Source: Octopus vulgaris (taxonomy: Eukaryota). From it: a DNA stretch of 64,000 nucleotides. Position numbers and translations under genes: made by a program. The notes below the pieces were generated by a model. It was not told the origin of the DNA, did no database searches, and saw nothing but the letters and a program-made list of their open reading frames with translations. This document shows positions 13,363 to 27,308 of the stretch, in pieces. The first letter of the stretch is position 1. Each line of letters opens with the position of its first letter. Location: NCBI GenBank assembly GCA_951406725.2, contig OX597830.1:16058001-16122000 (forward strand), in the 5' to 3' direction.

Positions 13363-13562
13363 ACGTGTATGCATATGCAGGCGTATGATAAATATTAAAC
13401 GAATATTAACTTTGTTATTTGGAAACATCTAGCGTATATCAAATGATACCATGTTTATCTGTAAGTTTTGATATACAATCCTAAATAAAAGTCGAACACA
13501 AAGACAAAACCTAGAATTTACTTTTGAATGTTTTGATATAGAAATAAAAACTAAAAAAAAAA

Positions 13563-13881
13563 GACTCCGCCGGTTACGACGACGAGGGTCCCAGCTGATA
13601 CGATCAACGGAACAGCTTGCTCGTGAAATTAACGTGCAAATGGCTGAGCATTCCACAGACACGTGTACCCTTAACGTAGTTCTCGGGGATAATCAGCGTG
13701 ACACAGAGAGTGACAAGGCTGACCCTTTGAAATACAAGTACAACTCATTTTTGCCAGCTGAGTGGACTGGAGCAACGTGAAATAAAGTGTCTTGCTCAAG
13801 GACACAACGCGTCGCCGGGAATCGAACTCACAACCTTACGATCATGAGCCGCATGCCCTAACCACTAAGCCACGCGCCCTC
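13563..13881 (-). mobile_element. tRNA-derived SINE, head D plus tail X
   Basis: Minus strand GAGGGCGCGTGGCTTAGTGGTTAGG..GAGTTCGATTCCC, CORE-like TCCTTGAGCAAGACACTT; tail shared with 36985 and 46469. Confidence 0.9.
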
Positions 13882-14670
13882 ACAGAAATAAAAAAACTAA
13901 TTATGAACTAGCTACCTGCAAATAAAAAGTTAGTTTTTATCACGTATTAATATATGTAATTTATTTAATATCATTTCTTAATCTCTTGTTCTAGTTGAGG
14001 TTTCTGAATCTACAAGGTATATCAATATTTTATAAATTTACGAATTTGTCATTTGAAAAGAGAATAACTCACAACTGTTGCTTTGTGTGGCAATAGACTC
14101 GGAGACAAGAAGATAAAAATTCAGTTAATTACATCTATTGGTACTGTTCAGAAAACTTCATCTTAATTCGGTCAGACAGGTGGATACTAATTATTTAAAA
14201 TTAATTCTAAGCCATTTTTTACCTATGGACTCTTTGATTCCTATTTTACACGGTTGGACCCCCAAAACCATTTCAGGTTTTAAAAAAAAAAAACACCTAT
14301 CATGTTTTTATAACTAAATATTATTAGGAACTGTATTAAAAAAAATTGTCAAAATATTCTGTGTAGAAGTATAACTAATTTATTCCACATTAATTTTGAC
14401 TTCAAAATCTTATATGGACCCCCCAAGGTTCATATGGATTCCGGTTGAGAAGAATTGATTAAGAAGATCAAGCCAACCTCTTGGAATTAATCGTATGATT
14501 ACTCATCTTTGAGTTGCATCATCATTTGCTCCTAGCTCCGTCTTACAAACACAGTTGGCAGAATTTTACAGATGCTGGCAACCTATCTTCTAAGATGGCT
14601 GCATCTCAAGTCTCAAATAAAATTTCAAATTGTGAAATGTTATTTCATCACATACACATGTGTGTTTGTG

Positions 14671-14764
<94 letters not shown>

Positions 14765-15423
14765 TATATGTGTGTGTGTGTGTGTGTGTGCGTGTGTGTG
14801 TGCGTGTGTGTAAATTAAATATCTTGCAAATATCTAGTAGCTGATTAGCTCTCTTTTTTTTATCTTTACATTAGAAATATTCTAAATTTCGGCAATGACC
14901 GTTATGTTCATGATAATAAAAATAATTAGACATGCATTATAAATATGCATTAGACAAATTCATTTCAGTATATGTATGTATTTGTGGACGTGTGTTTGGT
15001 GTGCGTGTGTGTGTGTGTAAGTTTAATATTGACAACCACAAGTGCGTAAATACTTCATGTAGTACCTAGTGAGGAGAAGGAGCGGGAGGAGGAGGAGGAT
15101 GGCAATTAGGAGAAGGATGAGATCGAAGATAATAATGTGTATATATTAACTCATCATGAAGCTAAGTATACATACATATATATGTGTGTGTGCGCGTTTG
15201 TGTGTGTGTATGTATGCATATATATGTATGTGAATATATATATGCATACACATATATACACATATATATGTATAGTATTCACATATTTTTTATACACATT
15301 TCATGACGTCCTGTGCCCACACATGCACATTTATATATACGTATAGATGTATGTACATATACGTATGTATATATGCATATATATATATTATTTATATTAT
15401 TATATATATGTATACACATATAT

Positions 15424-15458
15424 ATGCATATATTATGCAAAACTGTATATGCATGTGA

Positions 15459-15546
<88 letters not shown>

Positions 15547-15589
15547 GCATGCATATACAGTTTTGCATAGTATATGCATATATGTGTGT

Positions 15590-15626
<37 letters not shown>

Positions 15627-15732
15627 TCGCATGCATATACAGTTTTGCATAGTATATGCATATATATGTGTATACATATATATATATATATATATAAATA
15701 TTCGCATGCATATACAGTTTTGCATAGTATAT
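15424..15732. repeat. About 40-bp unit present once forward and three times inverted, separated by (TA)n
   Basis: tatgcaaaactgtatatgcatgtgaata at about 15434; tattcgcatgcatatacagttttgcata at about 15542, 15625 and 15699. Confidence 0.85.
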
Positions 15733-15753
15733 ACATATATACATACGTATATG

Positions 15754-15808
<55 letters not shown>

Positions 15809-15846
15809 TATATATAAATATATATATATATATATACAAAATATAT

Positions 15847-15972
<126 letters not shown>

Positions 15973-16699
15973 GTGATTAAACGGATCGGAACACCTACTG
16001 ATGACTGAATATGTGCACTAAGAGGCATATAATTAGCTATTATACTTGAATAAATAACTAAATATGTGTGCGCGCGTGAGAAAGAGGGAGAGAGAGAGAG
16101 AGAAATAGTGAGGGAAAGAAAGAGAAACTGAAGGAAAGAGGGAGAGAGAACTAACTAAATAACCAGTTTCTTTCAAACTTCTGCTTAATTAAGTGTCCTT
16201 CCTTTACAATAGAATTTTCACCTTTTAGTTGCCAAATCTCCAAATTTTGGTTTCAGATCCATTTCTTCTAAAGGATTTATTTACAGAGGCTGATGCATAT
16301 ATTTGGCTGCTGATGTATACATCTGTCTTGGTAACCAGTACCCTTGTGTAACCGGACTGGTCTTACGGACTTTTGCTGGACATCAGTTTAATCCTGCTAA
16401 TCGAACAGCTAATGATCTTAGAAATCGTTTGAGACACTTTGCGGTCTCCACTGTAAGATTTGAGGACGTTGGATGTTGACGTAATAAGTGATTATTTACA
16501 AAGATCTTAATGAAGTAGTGGTAACCATTTTTTTAACACTACCAAGATGAAGGGTAAAATTCACAAGAGCTGAGATTGAACTCACAACGTAGATGACCGA
16601 TGCAAATACGTATAATCCTCTACCATTTGTATCAATCTGCCATGTATATGTATACAAACATATACATGCGTGTATGAGCATATATATATATATATATAT

Positions 16700-17630
16700 A
16701 TATGGTTGTATTTCGGGACGGTCATTTTCTTTTTGCCAAATAAACACACGCACTGTACATTCGTACTTCACTCGTTTATTACTGTTCTTATTCTAACTCA
16801 AGACCATGGTCCGGAAATTTTTCGTCACACATCTGTGACCTCCTCAGCGACACTTTCCGTCTTTGTGTGTGCTCCTACTTTCCTTATTCCATTCTCAGAG
16901 AATGGAATAAGCAGAGTACACATCTTTGTACTATGCTGTACTTCACTTATTTTCTTGAGTTTGCTCTCACCCCTGTCCTTATTCTTATTGTTATTCTACT
17001 CTATTTAAAAGGATAAATTTAGAAGGATAAACACACCTTAGCTATTCTTAACTCACTTTTATATGTGTTAACCCCACCAGCATCACCACCCCTTAGACCC
17101 TTCGAAGAAGCCCAGGGGCACATTCATTATCCAAGTCTTGTCTGCTCATCCCTGCATAACACTGAAGAAATGCAGATTACCTGGAAGATTTCGTTGCCTT
17201 TTGGCAGAAACGGCCGTAAGGAATTAGCACCTGTACACCCATTTAGTTTGTTTTTTTGCCAATTTGCTCACTTGTTTCTATGTATGCGCACCCTTGTTTA
17301 TGCAGTTACCAGATTTTTCCACTCGCTAATCTGTACCACTCATACATGTGTGTGTATTCATCCAATACATTTGAATAAATAGATATACTGGAATGTTTAC
17401 TGGCCGATGTCTGTTCTCTTATATCCTCTCCGTTTTTATATCCTCTCCGTTTTATTTGCCGTATAAATCAAGGATAAACAACTTGTTACCCCCGCCCATA
17501 TATAAAACCCAATTGTGAGATTGCCATGCAAATGACTAGCACTCGACTATGAATAATTGGGTACACTACTACCAGCAGTATATAAGGTATAAGTACTATC
17601 CCTTAGTTGGTTTTCCAACCTCTAACTCAT
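16700..17630. mobile_element. Composite of Penelope-type terminal remnants with two hammerhead-like motifs
   Basis: Minus motif 16809-16853 (CTGAGGA-g-GTCAC..GTGAC-GAAA-AATT-TC); plus motif ending GAAACGGCCGTA at about 17207-17218; right part homologous to 5900-6455. Confidence 0.6.
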
Positions 17631-17829
17631 ACAGAAATATATATATACTAGATATTTAGGGTTCAGCAACGATTTGCTTTACCACATACCGAAGTTTAGA
17701 AATAGCAGCCAAAAAACGTTAGCTATTTCTTCTATTTTAAAAAGGGATTCCCAGAAAAACCAAAATACTTGAAAACAATCCACACAGGCAGAGAGGAAGA
17801 AGTAACGAAAATCAATCAATATCTGGTCA

Positions 17830-17912
17830 CCTATGGACGCGCGTTTCGGAATTAGGTTGGAATAAAGAATATAGAATTATACTTTACCAACCGTTTTCCT
17901 CTTCAGCAAAGG
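17830..17912 (-). ncRNA. Type I hammerhead ribozyme motif with canonical core
   Basis: cctttg-CTGAAGA-ggaa..ggttgg..ccaacc..ttcc-GAAA-CGCGCG-TC^catagg; GUC cleavage triplet, palindromic helix III. Confidence 0.8.
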
Positions 17913-17953
17913 ACCCCATCAATAATTAAATATTTAAATAATTACATATTTAA

Positions 17954-17984
<31 letters not shown>

Positions 17985-18034
17985 CATACATACATACATA
18001 CATACATACATACATACATACATACATACATACA

Positions 18035-18068
<34 letters not shown>

Positions 18069-18084
18069 CATACATACACACATA

Positions 18085-18490
18085 TCGTTGCTACGATGTT
18101 AGACTGTCGTATGTCTAAATTTGGCTAAATGCGTTTTTTTTTCTTCTTCAGTATTTAATTTTGCTTGAAATAACCGGTTCTTTTGATCAAACTATCGTAT
18201 CTCCAGCTGCTTCATATGCCAGGATATAAAAATTGTAAAAGTATAGTGCAACGGTTTAGTATTTTTCAAAAGTGTAGTAAGTCCCACAAACGACAGTTTT
18301 GCCAAAAATATTTCTGACTGAAAATATCATACATGCATGGAGCGACGAATTTATGCACCCAACAAAGTATTATTGTACTTTTTGGATATGTTAACAATAA
18401 GGTGAACAATGTAAAAAAGAAACAGAATGGTGAAACTATTTTTTCGTTTTCCGAAAAAGCAACGTTTTGGACTAACGACATTTTTGCATA
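18085..18490. mobile_element. MITE-like element (TCGTTGCTA terminus), right end lost
   Basis: Near-identical to 19365-19769; related to 56106-56361, which keeps both TIRs. Confidence 0.7.
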
Positions 18491-18704
18491 TGTTTGTATG
18501 TATGTATGTATGTATGTATGTATGTATGTATGTATGTATGTATGTATGTATGTATGTATGTATGCATGTATGTATGTATGTATGTATGTATGTATGCATA
18601 TATATATGTATGTATATAGGTATAAATCGACCCCGGGACTTATTCTTTGTAATCCCAGTACTTATTCTATCGGTCTCTTTTGCCGAACCGCTAAGTGACG
18701 GGGA

Positions 18705-18763
<59 letters not shown>

Positions 18764-18766
<3 letters not shown>

Positions 18767-19248
18767 TTGCAAGCAACAGAAGCAGTATTATATTAAAGCA
18801 GCCATGCATATATCATGCTCGATTGTAAATACATGTGATGGGCAAATTAACTGCGGTATTTGTCCGTAGATAATGTATTATATAAAAACGCAATGTGTAT
18901 ACATCGAAGGGAGGCGGAACTGGTTCTAGCTGCAGCGAGTGAGAACACTAGATGCACTTCTGCCTCAATGAGAGTTATCGATATTGTGTACTCATAAGCA
19001 GCAAGCTGAGATGAAATCCGTCATTAAGGCCTGCTCGATTAGGGCTGATCTGAGGCCAAACGGGAACGAGTTTGTCAATCGTTTGTCGTTTTGTAGTATC
19101 ATATTATTATTATTCCGTTTCTGTATATAGGCGTAGGAATGGCGGCGTTGTTAATGTGTTCGATTCCCAAAGTTACATTGTTTCGGGTTCGGTGCCTCTG
19201 CGTAGCACCTTGAGAAACTGTCTTCTACTATAGCCTTGGAGAAGTCAA
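18764..19248. repeat. Local duplicated segment, copy 1
   Basis: Near-identical to 21398-21903. Confidence 0.9.
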
Positions 19249-19314
19249 GAAATATAGATAGATAGATAGATACATACATACATACATACATACATACATA
19301 CATACATACATACA

Positions 19315-19348
<34 letters not shown>

Positions 19349-19364
19349 CATACATACATACATA

Positions 19365-19769
19365 TCGTTGCTACTATGTTAGACTGTCGTACGTCTAAAT
19401 TTGGCTAAATGCGTTTTTTTTCTTCTTCAGTATTTAATTTTGCTTGAAATAACCGGTTCTTTTGATCAAACTATCGTATATCCAGCTGCTTCATATGCCA
19501 GGATATAAAAATTGTAAAAGTATAGTGCAACGGTTTAGTATTTTTCAAAAGTGTAGTAAGTCCCACAAACGACAGTTTTGCCAAAAATATTTCTGACTGA
19601 AAATATCATACATGCATGGAGCGACGAATTTATGCACTCAACAAAGTATTATTGTACTTTTTGGATATGTTAACAATAAGGTGAACAATGTAAAAAAGAA
19701 ACAGAATGGTGCAACTAATTTTTCGTTTTCCGAAAAAGCAACGTTTTGAACTAACGACATTTTTGCATA
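19365..19769. mobile_element. MITE-like element, duplicate of 18085-18490
   Basis: 1280-bp offset, few substitutions. Confidence 0.7.
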
Positions 19770-19859
19770 TGTGTATGTATGTATGTATGTATGTATGTAT
19801 GTATGTATGTATGTATATATATATATATGTATATAGGTATATAAATATGTGTGTATATG

Positions 19860-19922
<63 letters not shown>

Positions 19923-20295
19923 TATATTTGCATATGCTTGTATATATATTATTGTTATATCTGATTATTTGCATTCGTGTCTATACACACACACATATAT
20001 ATATATATATATACACAGTCATACATACATATACATACATGTCCTTGTTTTCGTATACATTCGCTGCTTTCTTCCAAGGAATCCAATGCTCTTAGCTTAG
20101 TTTTCCCTTGGGGCTGGCCAGATTGGAGCAATCTCGAGTATAACCAGCCGAAATTGCAAAGATAATCTAGAAATCGACTGAGGAAAGAAAACTCCGAATG
20201 ACCCGTCTTTGTTTTTTCTTGTCCCTTTTTTGTATCATCTATCTGGATGTTTTGCGTTCTTGTCCCATTTTTTGTATTTCTTTTTACACACACAT

Positions 20296-20331
<36 letters not shown>

Positions 20332-20386
20332 GTATATGTATATATACATATGTATGTATGTATATATACATACATATATATATATT

Positions 20387-20454
<68 letters not shown>

Positions 20455-20620
20455 CATGTGCATACATATATATACATATATATGTATAAATATATATATA
20501 TGCACATATATATATACATATACACACACACACATGTATATATATGTACATACATGTACATACATATTATTTACATACATATGTATAAATATATATATGC
20601 ACATATATATACGTATATAT

Positions 20621-20678
<58 letters not shown>

Positions 20679-20982
20679 CTATATTTATTTATTTATATAC
20701 TCATGTATACTCACTGAAATATATAGAAGTAAAGGAGAGTGTAGATGCATAGCTATACAATTAGGCGGCTAATTACGTTTCATATTTATTTTTCATAGTC
20801 ACACCAATTAACCTCTTTGTTAGTTGTTACTTAGGCGTCAGAATATTAAATGAATATATTCTCTTCTCTCTCTCTCTCTCTTTCTTTCTTTCGTCTGTTT
20901 TCCCCTTCCTCATTTCCCCTCCATTTCTTCTTCATATGTGCATGTATTCAGTCATAAACGAAAACTATATAGATAGATATAC

Positions 20983-21077
<95 letters not shown>

Positions 21078-21080
<3 letters not shown>

Positions 21081-21232
21081 GTTTCTTTATTGGCCACACA
21101 GGGCTGCACACAGATGGGACAAGTTACAAGGTAGAGCTTTTCTTTTGGGGGATGAAGAGAACAAAAAACAAAAGAAAAAAAGGGGGCTGGCGTAGGGTTT
21201 CGATTAAGAGGGATCGTAAAAGGGAAGAAGAT
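21078..21232 (-). mobile_element. Probable LINE 3' end sharing its tail with SINE family A, inside (GATA)n
   Basis: Minus strand ttgtcccatctgtgtgcagccctgtgtggccaataaagaaa versus SINE A ttgtccccctctatgtttagccccttgtgggtaataaagaaa. Confidence 0.55.
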
Positions 21233-21234
21233 GG

Positions 21235-21331
<97 letters not shown>

Positions 21332-21339
21332 CACAAATG

Positions 21340-21397
<58 letters not shown>

Positions 21398-21400
<3 letters not shown>

Positions 21401-21903
21401 TTGCAAGCAACAGAAGCAGTATTATATTAAAGCAGCCATGCATATATCATGCTTGATTGTAAATACATGTGATGGGCAAATTAACTGCGGTATTTGTCCG
21501 GAGATAATGTATTATATAAAAACGCAATGTGTATACATCGAAGGGAGGCGGAACTGGTTCTAGCTGCAGCGAGTGAGAACACTAGATGCACTTCTGCCTC
21601 AGTGAGAGTTATCGATATTGTGTACTCATAAGCAGCAAGCTGAGATGAAATCCGTCACCATGGCCTGCTCGATTAGGGCCTGCTCGATCTGAGGCCTGCT
21701 CGATCTGAGGCCAAACGGGAACGAGTTTGTCAATCGTTTGTCATTTTGTAGTATCATATTATTATTATTCCGTTTCTGTATATAGGCGTAGGAATGGCGG
21801 CGTTGTTAATGTGTTCGATTCCCAAAGTTACATTGTTTCAGGTTCGGTGCCTCTGCGTAGCACCTTGAGAAACTGTCTTCTACTATAGCCTTGGAGAAGT
21901 CAA
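21398..21903. repeat. Local duplicated segment, copy 2
   Basis: Near-identical to 18764-19248 with a small internal triplication of ggcctgctcgat. Confidence 0.9.
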
Positions 21904-21942
21904 AGCGTGTTGAGTGACATTTGATTAACGAAAACTGTGTGG

Positions 21943-21984
<42 letters not shown>

Positions 21985-21987
<3 letters not shown>

Positions 21988-22195
21988 CGGGAAGTTTTAC
22001 GAAAATAAACAAAAGACGAAGGCAGGTGGAGTACAAACAAACAATTGTGTTAGTATGGCGCTCAGGAATAGAAATAGAAAAAGTCTTTTACGTTTCGAGC
22101 CTACGCTCATCGACAGAGAGATACACAGAAAGAAAAAAACAAGGAGAGAAACAAGGAGAGAAAAAAATGCGTGTAGGAGCTAACGATCTATCATA
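21985..22195 (-). mobile_element. Penelope-type terminal remnant with degenerate hammerhead
   Basis: CTGTCGAT-GAGC-gtag-GCTC-GAAA-CG-TA at about 22084-22121; related to 57770-57980; flanked by (TA)n. Confidence 0.55.
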
Positions 22196-22207
22196 TATGT
22201 ATATATA

Positions 22208-22500
22208 TATATGGAAAAAAAGGTCAAAGTAGAAAACGCTAAAATAATTTTATAAAAAACATTTCAGTACCGGTTTCAGTCATTGAGACTTTTTCAACTG
22301 TAAGTATGGAAAACAATTAAATTTTGGAAAAATTAAAAGAAAAGTTTTCAAGAGAATATTTGCATAGTGTTCAAATACAAGAGGCATTTTCCTTGTTTCT
22401 GCCTGTTTCTGTCTTTTTTGTTTACTCTTGTGGGTTCGACCTCGAAATGTTTTTTCATAAAATTATTTTAGCATTTTCTACCTTGACTTTTCTTCCATAT
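22208..22500 (-). mobile_element. Mini-element: solo terminal repeat of the adjacent Neptune-like family with an inverted end
   Basis: 22208-22440 homologous to 23699-23915; 22208-22265 inverted at 22444-22500; hammerhead at 22265-22300. Confidence 0.75.
22265..22300 (-). ncRNA. Minimal hammerhead-like motif, U3-A8 core variant
   Basis: cag-TTGAAAA-AGTC-tcaat-GACT-GAAA-CCGG-TA-ctg. Confidence 0.65.
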
Positions 22501-22530
22501 ATATCAACTTGTGTGTTCCTTTTCAACCTT

Positions 22531-22578
<48 letters not shown>

Positions 22579-22583
22579 ATGTA

Positions 22584-22657
<74 letters not shown>

Positions 22658-22915
22658 CAAGAGTTAAGGAACGGAGTAGATAAGATCCGGGTTACGTATG
22701 TCTCATAGCGAGCGGAAATCTGGATCTTATCTACTTTTCTTAACTCTTGTATACTTATTCGCAGAGCCGGAAACCTGGTCGCCTACCGTGGAATATAAAA
22801 AGAACTCTTTTCAGTTTATCGTACTTCGATACGAAGAAAATCCACAACCTTCCGTCTCGATAAACGTATCTGTCTGGATGTTTTGTGCTATTGTCCCATA
22901 TTTTGTATTCCTTCT

Positions 22916-23017
<102 letters not shown>

Positions 23018-23669
23018 CATACATACATATGTCTCTCTCTATATATACATATACATACATATATATATATATATATATACATATATATGAAAGTCTTTTT
23101 ATATATTTATCACGAATTGCTTGAAGCTAACTTTCTTCCTACACCTCGATCTCTGGATTTTATATATATATATATATATATATATACACGTATACATGTG
23201 TATATGGGAGAGCCTTTCTTTTGGTTTGTTTTAATTATTTGGTTTCTTCCTACAAAGGTACTGGTTTCTAAGAAAAAAGCAAAGCTTCGTTGCTGGACTC
23301 TCAATAACCACAACGATAATTGTTGGAATTTAGAAAACTTTCGCATACTATAACTGTTCCACTTGCAGATCGTATTTGTTGAGCATATTAGCTGGTCCTT
23401 TCCTTGATATAAGCAAGTGCATCAATAATTATTGGTATAAATGTATGGAAGACTGCATGTATGTATGCACGCATGTTTGTTCTTGAGTATGTATGAATAT
23501 ATGTACGTATACATGTATGTATGTATGTATGTATGTATCTATATGTGCGACTACGTCCGTATTTATATTTGTATCTACATATATATTTCTGTGTGTGTGT
23601 GTGCGCGTGCGCATATATATATGTATGAATATATACATACACACATATATACATACATAAACACACAAG

Positions 23670-23698
<29 letters not shown>

Positions 23699-23702
<4 letters not shown>

Positions 23703-25470
23703 AAACAAGTCAAAATAGAAAATGCTAAAATAATTTTATAAAGAACATTTCAGTACCGGTTTCGGTCATTTTGAGACCTTTTCAACTGTAACGATTAAAT
23801 AATTAAATTTAGAAAAATTAGAAGAAAAGTTTTTTTAAAGGAATATTTGTATAGTTTTCAAATTTTAGTGGCATTCTGCCTTTCTCTGACTTCCTTGTTT
23901 GCACTTGTGTGTTCGGTCGTTGTGAATTCTTGGTAGGGTAGAAGGAGAAGAGGGATGATGAGGGGAAGGGGTGGAGAAATTTGGGAGTGCCTTGATTGTC
24001 GTATTTTGAATGGTCAGTTGCAGTTCAATTCAGGAGAATATTTCTATTGAAAGGTTGGTTTATGGAATTTGCGTAGGCGTTATACTAGAGAGCATTAGTG
24101 ATAAAGTTAAGAGGTAGAAGGTCGAGAAGAAGAAGAAGAAGAAGAAGAAGAAGAAGAAGATGACGATGTTGATGATGATGATGATGAAGAAGAAGAAGAA
24201 GAAGAAGAAGAAGAAGAAGAAGAAGAAGAAGAAGAAGAAGAAGAAGAAGAAGGAGAAGGAGAAGAAGAAGATGATGATGATGATGGTGATGATGGTGACG
24301 ACGATGATGATGAAGAAGAAGAGGAAGAAGAAGAAGAAAATAGAGAAGGGAGAATATGAATGGGTGAAAGTAGTGAGGTGTTGTATGACTTGAAGTTGGC
24401 ATGTTATGGATTATAGCTGTGATTGGGGCGGATTTGTAATAGATTCTTTGGAATGTAATATTTGTGTGTGTATATTTCTTTTATTCTAAAGTTGAGGTAT
24501 ATTAATCGTTTGTCGTAGACCCGTTAAGAAGTGGCCTGTATTTTGTAATAAAGAGAGTTTCTTTACTTATTCGTTGTCTCGAGGTTGTATCGTCCCTAAA
24601 TTGGTAGAGGGGAGAAATCCTGAAGCCTGGTGTTTTGTTGTTGGCGCAAGTATCTATGTGTTGGCTGAAAGGTATTTTTCTGTTTTGGGGAATTTTTATC
24701 TGGGATCTGTGCAGGGCCATTCGTTTACGCAAGCTATTTTTTGTTTGGCCTATGTACTGCTCTTGACACCCGGGCAGGTTAGTGAGTATATTAGGTTCTC
24801 CGAAGCACATGTGAAGTTGCTTTTCACTGTAAACCGTTGTCCCTATTTGAAGGAGAACTCTGATCCCTCAATTAGATAATCGCATATCCCTCAATTGGGC
24901 CTTCCACATTTTTTTACTGTCGGCTTCTGTGTTGAAGAGTGTTAGGAGACTTTTCATGGATTTAGGCTGCCTCTTGCTTTTTATGATCGTGTGTGTTTGG
25001 AGGATTGTGTTCATTCTGTGGTCTTTTTTTAGGAGGGGTATGTTGTGGAGGATGGTGCCGATGGCTTCGTTATTGAGAGGGTTGTGTGTGGAGATGTATG
25101 GTAAGGCTTTTGGTCGTAAGTTTTTCTTTGATTTGGGATGTCTCAGTTCCTTGATGTTAAGTTGAAGGGCACGTTGAATGCACTTGTCAATAAGTGAAGG
25201 TGGATAGTTCCTGGTGATAAGGGTATCTTTTAGTTCTTGTAGTCGTGTGTCTCTGGTGTTTGCATTAGAGACTATAGTGCATATCCTTTTTGCTAGATTG
25301 AAGGGGATATTCATCCTAATGTGTCTTGGGTGGCATGAATTGAATGGAAGATATTGCTTAGAATCTGTAGGCTTATAATATATGTCTGTTTCTATTACAT
25401 TATTAGCTTTCTTAATGAGGATATCGAGGAAGGGGAGTTGTTGCTGGCTATATTCCATCGTGAATTGGAT
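23699..25470 (-). mobile_element. 5'-truncated Penelope-like element (Neptune-like): RT C-terminus, Cys-rich linker, GIY-YIG, 3' terminal repeat with hammerhead
   Basis: ORF 24868-25458 LPFLDILI..DIYYKPTD..FNSCHPRH..RNYP; ORF 24502-24810 CQEQYIGQTKNSLRKRMALH; frameshifted; (GAA)n in the 3' region. Confidence 0.9.
23751..23788 (-). ncRNA. Minimal hammerhead-like motif, U3-A8 core variant
   Basis: cag-TTGAAAA-GGTC-tcaaaat-GACC-GAAA-CCGG-TA-ctg, in the 3' end of the Penelope-like element. Confidence 0.7.
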
Positions 25471-25497
25471 GTTTATATATATATATATATATATATA

Positions 25498-25871
25498 CTA
25501 GCAGTATCGCCCGGCGTTGCTCAGGTTTGTAAGGGAAATAACTATAAAGCATTTTTAGAGAGTTATAGCCAAAAAATAGAAAAAAAATGATGGTAAATTT
25601 TTTTTGAGAGTTAAAACAGGTGGAGTTGCGTCCCCTAGACGGTCTGTGGTTTGGGTTTCTCATTCTCGACCCCATGTCGAATTTATCGATTTTTTTCAGA
25701 ACTGGGGGAACTTTTCAAAATTTTCGCTGCGTTAGTTTTGAATTATGACATTGGGCTATGTGTGTGTCAAGTTTCATCAGAATCGGTTGAAAGCCGTGGT
25801 CAGAGTGAGGGTACGAGAAAACAGACACACAGAAACACGCACAGACAAACTGCCGTTTATATAGAGAGAGA
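25498..25871 (-). mobile_element. Non-autonomous Helitron
   Basis: Minus strand 5'-TCTCTCTCTATATAAACGGCAG..hairpin..CTAG-3'; same family as 32511-32877. Confidence 0.8.
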
Positions 25872-26542
25872 TATATATATATATATATACATATATGTGT
25901 GTGTGTGTTTGTGTGTGTGTGTCTGTGTGTATATGTGTGTCTGTCTGTCTGCCTGTCTGTGTGTGTGCGGTGTGCTTAACTCGGTTTAAAATTAATATCT
26001 TAGTTTACGTCCTGCGACTTAGCAGTTTGACAATAGACATAGATCAAATACGCACCAGCTTTGAAAAATAAATATCTCTTTTTTTTCTCTTCGTGTGTCC
26101 CATTTACCATCGTAATTACCTCATATAATCTCCCAATGTCCAATACTATGTCCAAGAAAATTTATTAAGGCTTTCACATATTTTGAGAAATATTTTCAAC
26201 AAAAACGGGTATAAGAAATGTTGTGGTCAAATCTTTACGTGATTGCAAGTTTTGGAAATGTAAAGCAACATTTAAATATATTCTAAGCCACGCAGTCTTA
26301 GAATGTATTGCTAAGAGTTGCCAACCCCATGGGAATAGATCTACACAATTCCATTGTGGTATGACTGTCTTTGTTAAAGATATATTCAACAGTCGGGGGT
26401 CCATCAATTTCTGCAAAGGCTGAATATGTTGTATATCGTGATGTTTCTATGGGAAACAATTGTTTGCTTTCTGCAATGCTGTGCGCCTCAGCCGACATTC
26501 TTCAGAAAAGAGGATTTGGAATATTTCATTCCTGTTGTCGTT

Positions 26543-26786
<244 letters not shown>

Positions 26787-27009
26787 GGCGGCGATCTAGC
26801 AAAATCGTTATAGTGCCGGACAAAAGGCTTATCTGCATGCATACATACATACATACATACATACATACATACTTACATACATACATACATTCATACATAC
26901 AAAATTAAGTAACAGTCACTATTATATGGGAGGGTTTTTGTGTTTTTAATTATTTACATTTTTAATTATTTGAACCTCCTGCATTTTTCTTGTTCTTAAA
27001 AACGATAAA

Positions 27010-27308
27010 GGTCACCCTTTTCAAGCCTAGCCAGGCTCACGGGCCCGGTTTACCGGTTTCTGTGCTGTATGTGCCCCCCCCCCTCAGCTGGACTGGACGC
27101 CAGTCCATCGCAGCGTAACTCAATAAACAGGAAGAGTAAGAGAAAGTTGTGGCGAAAGAGTACAACAGGAGTCACCACCACCCTCTGTTGGTGTCTCATG
27201 GAGCTTTTAGGTGTTTTCGCTCAATAAACACACACAACGCCTTGTCTGGGAATCGAAACCGCGAACCTCCGACCGCGAGCCCGCTGCCCTAACCGCTGGG
27301 CCATTGCG
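27010..27308 (-). mobile_element. tRNA-derived SINE, head C plus tail Y
   Basis: Head and body match 46469-46660, then switch to a tail containing GCTGCGATGGACTGGCGTCCAGTCCAG. Confidence 0.8.
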
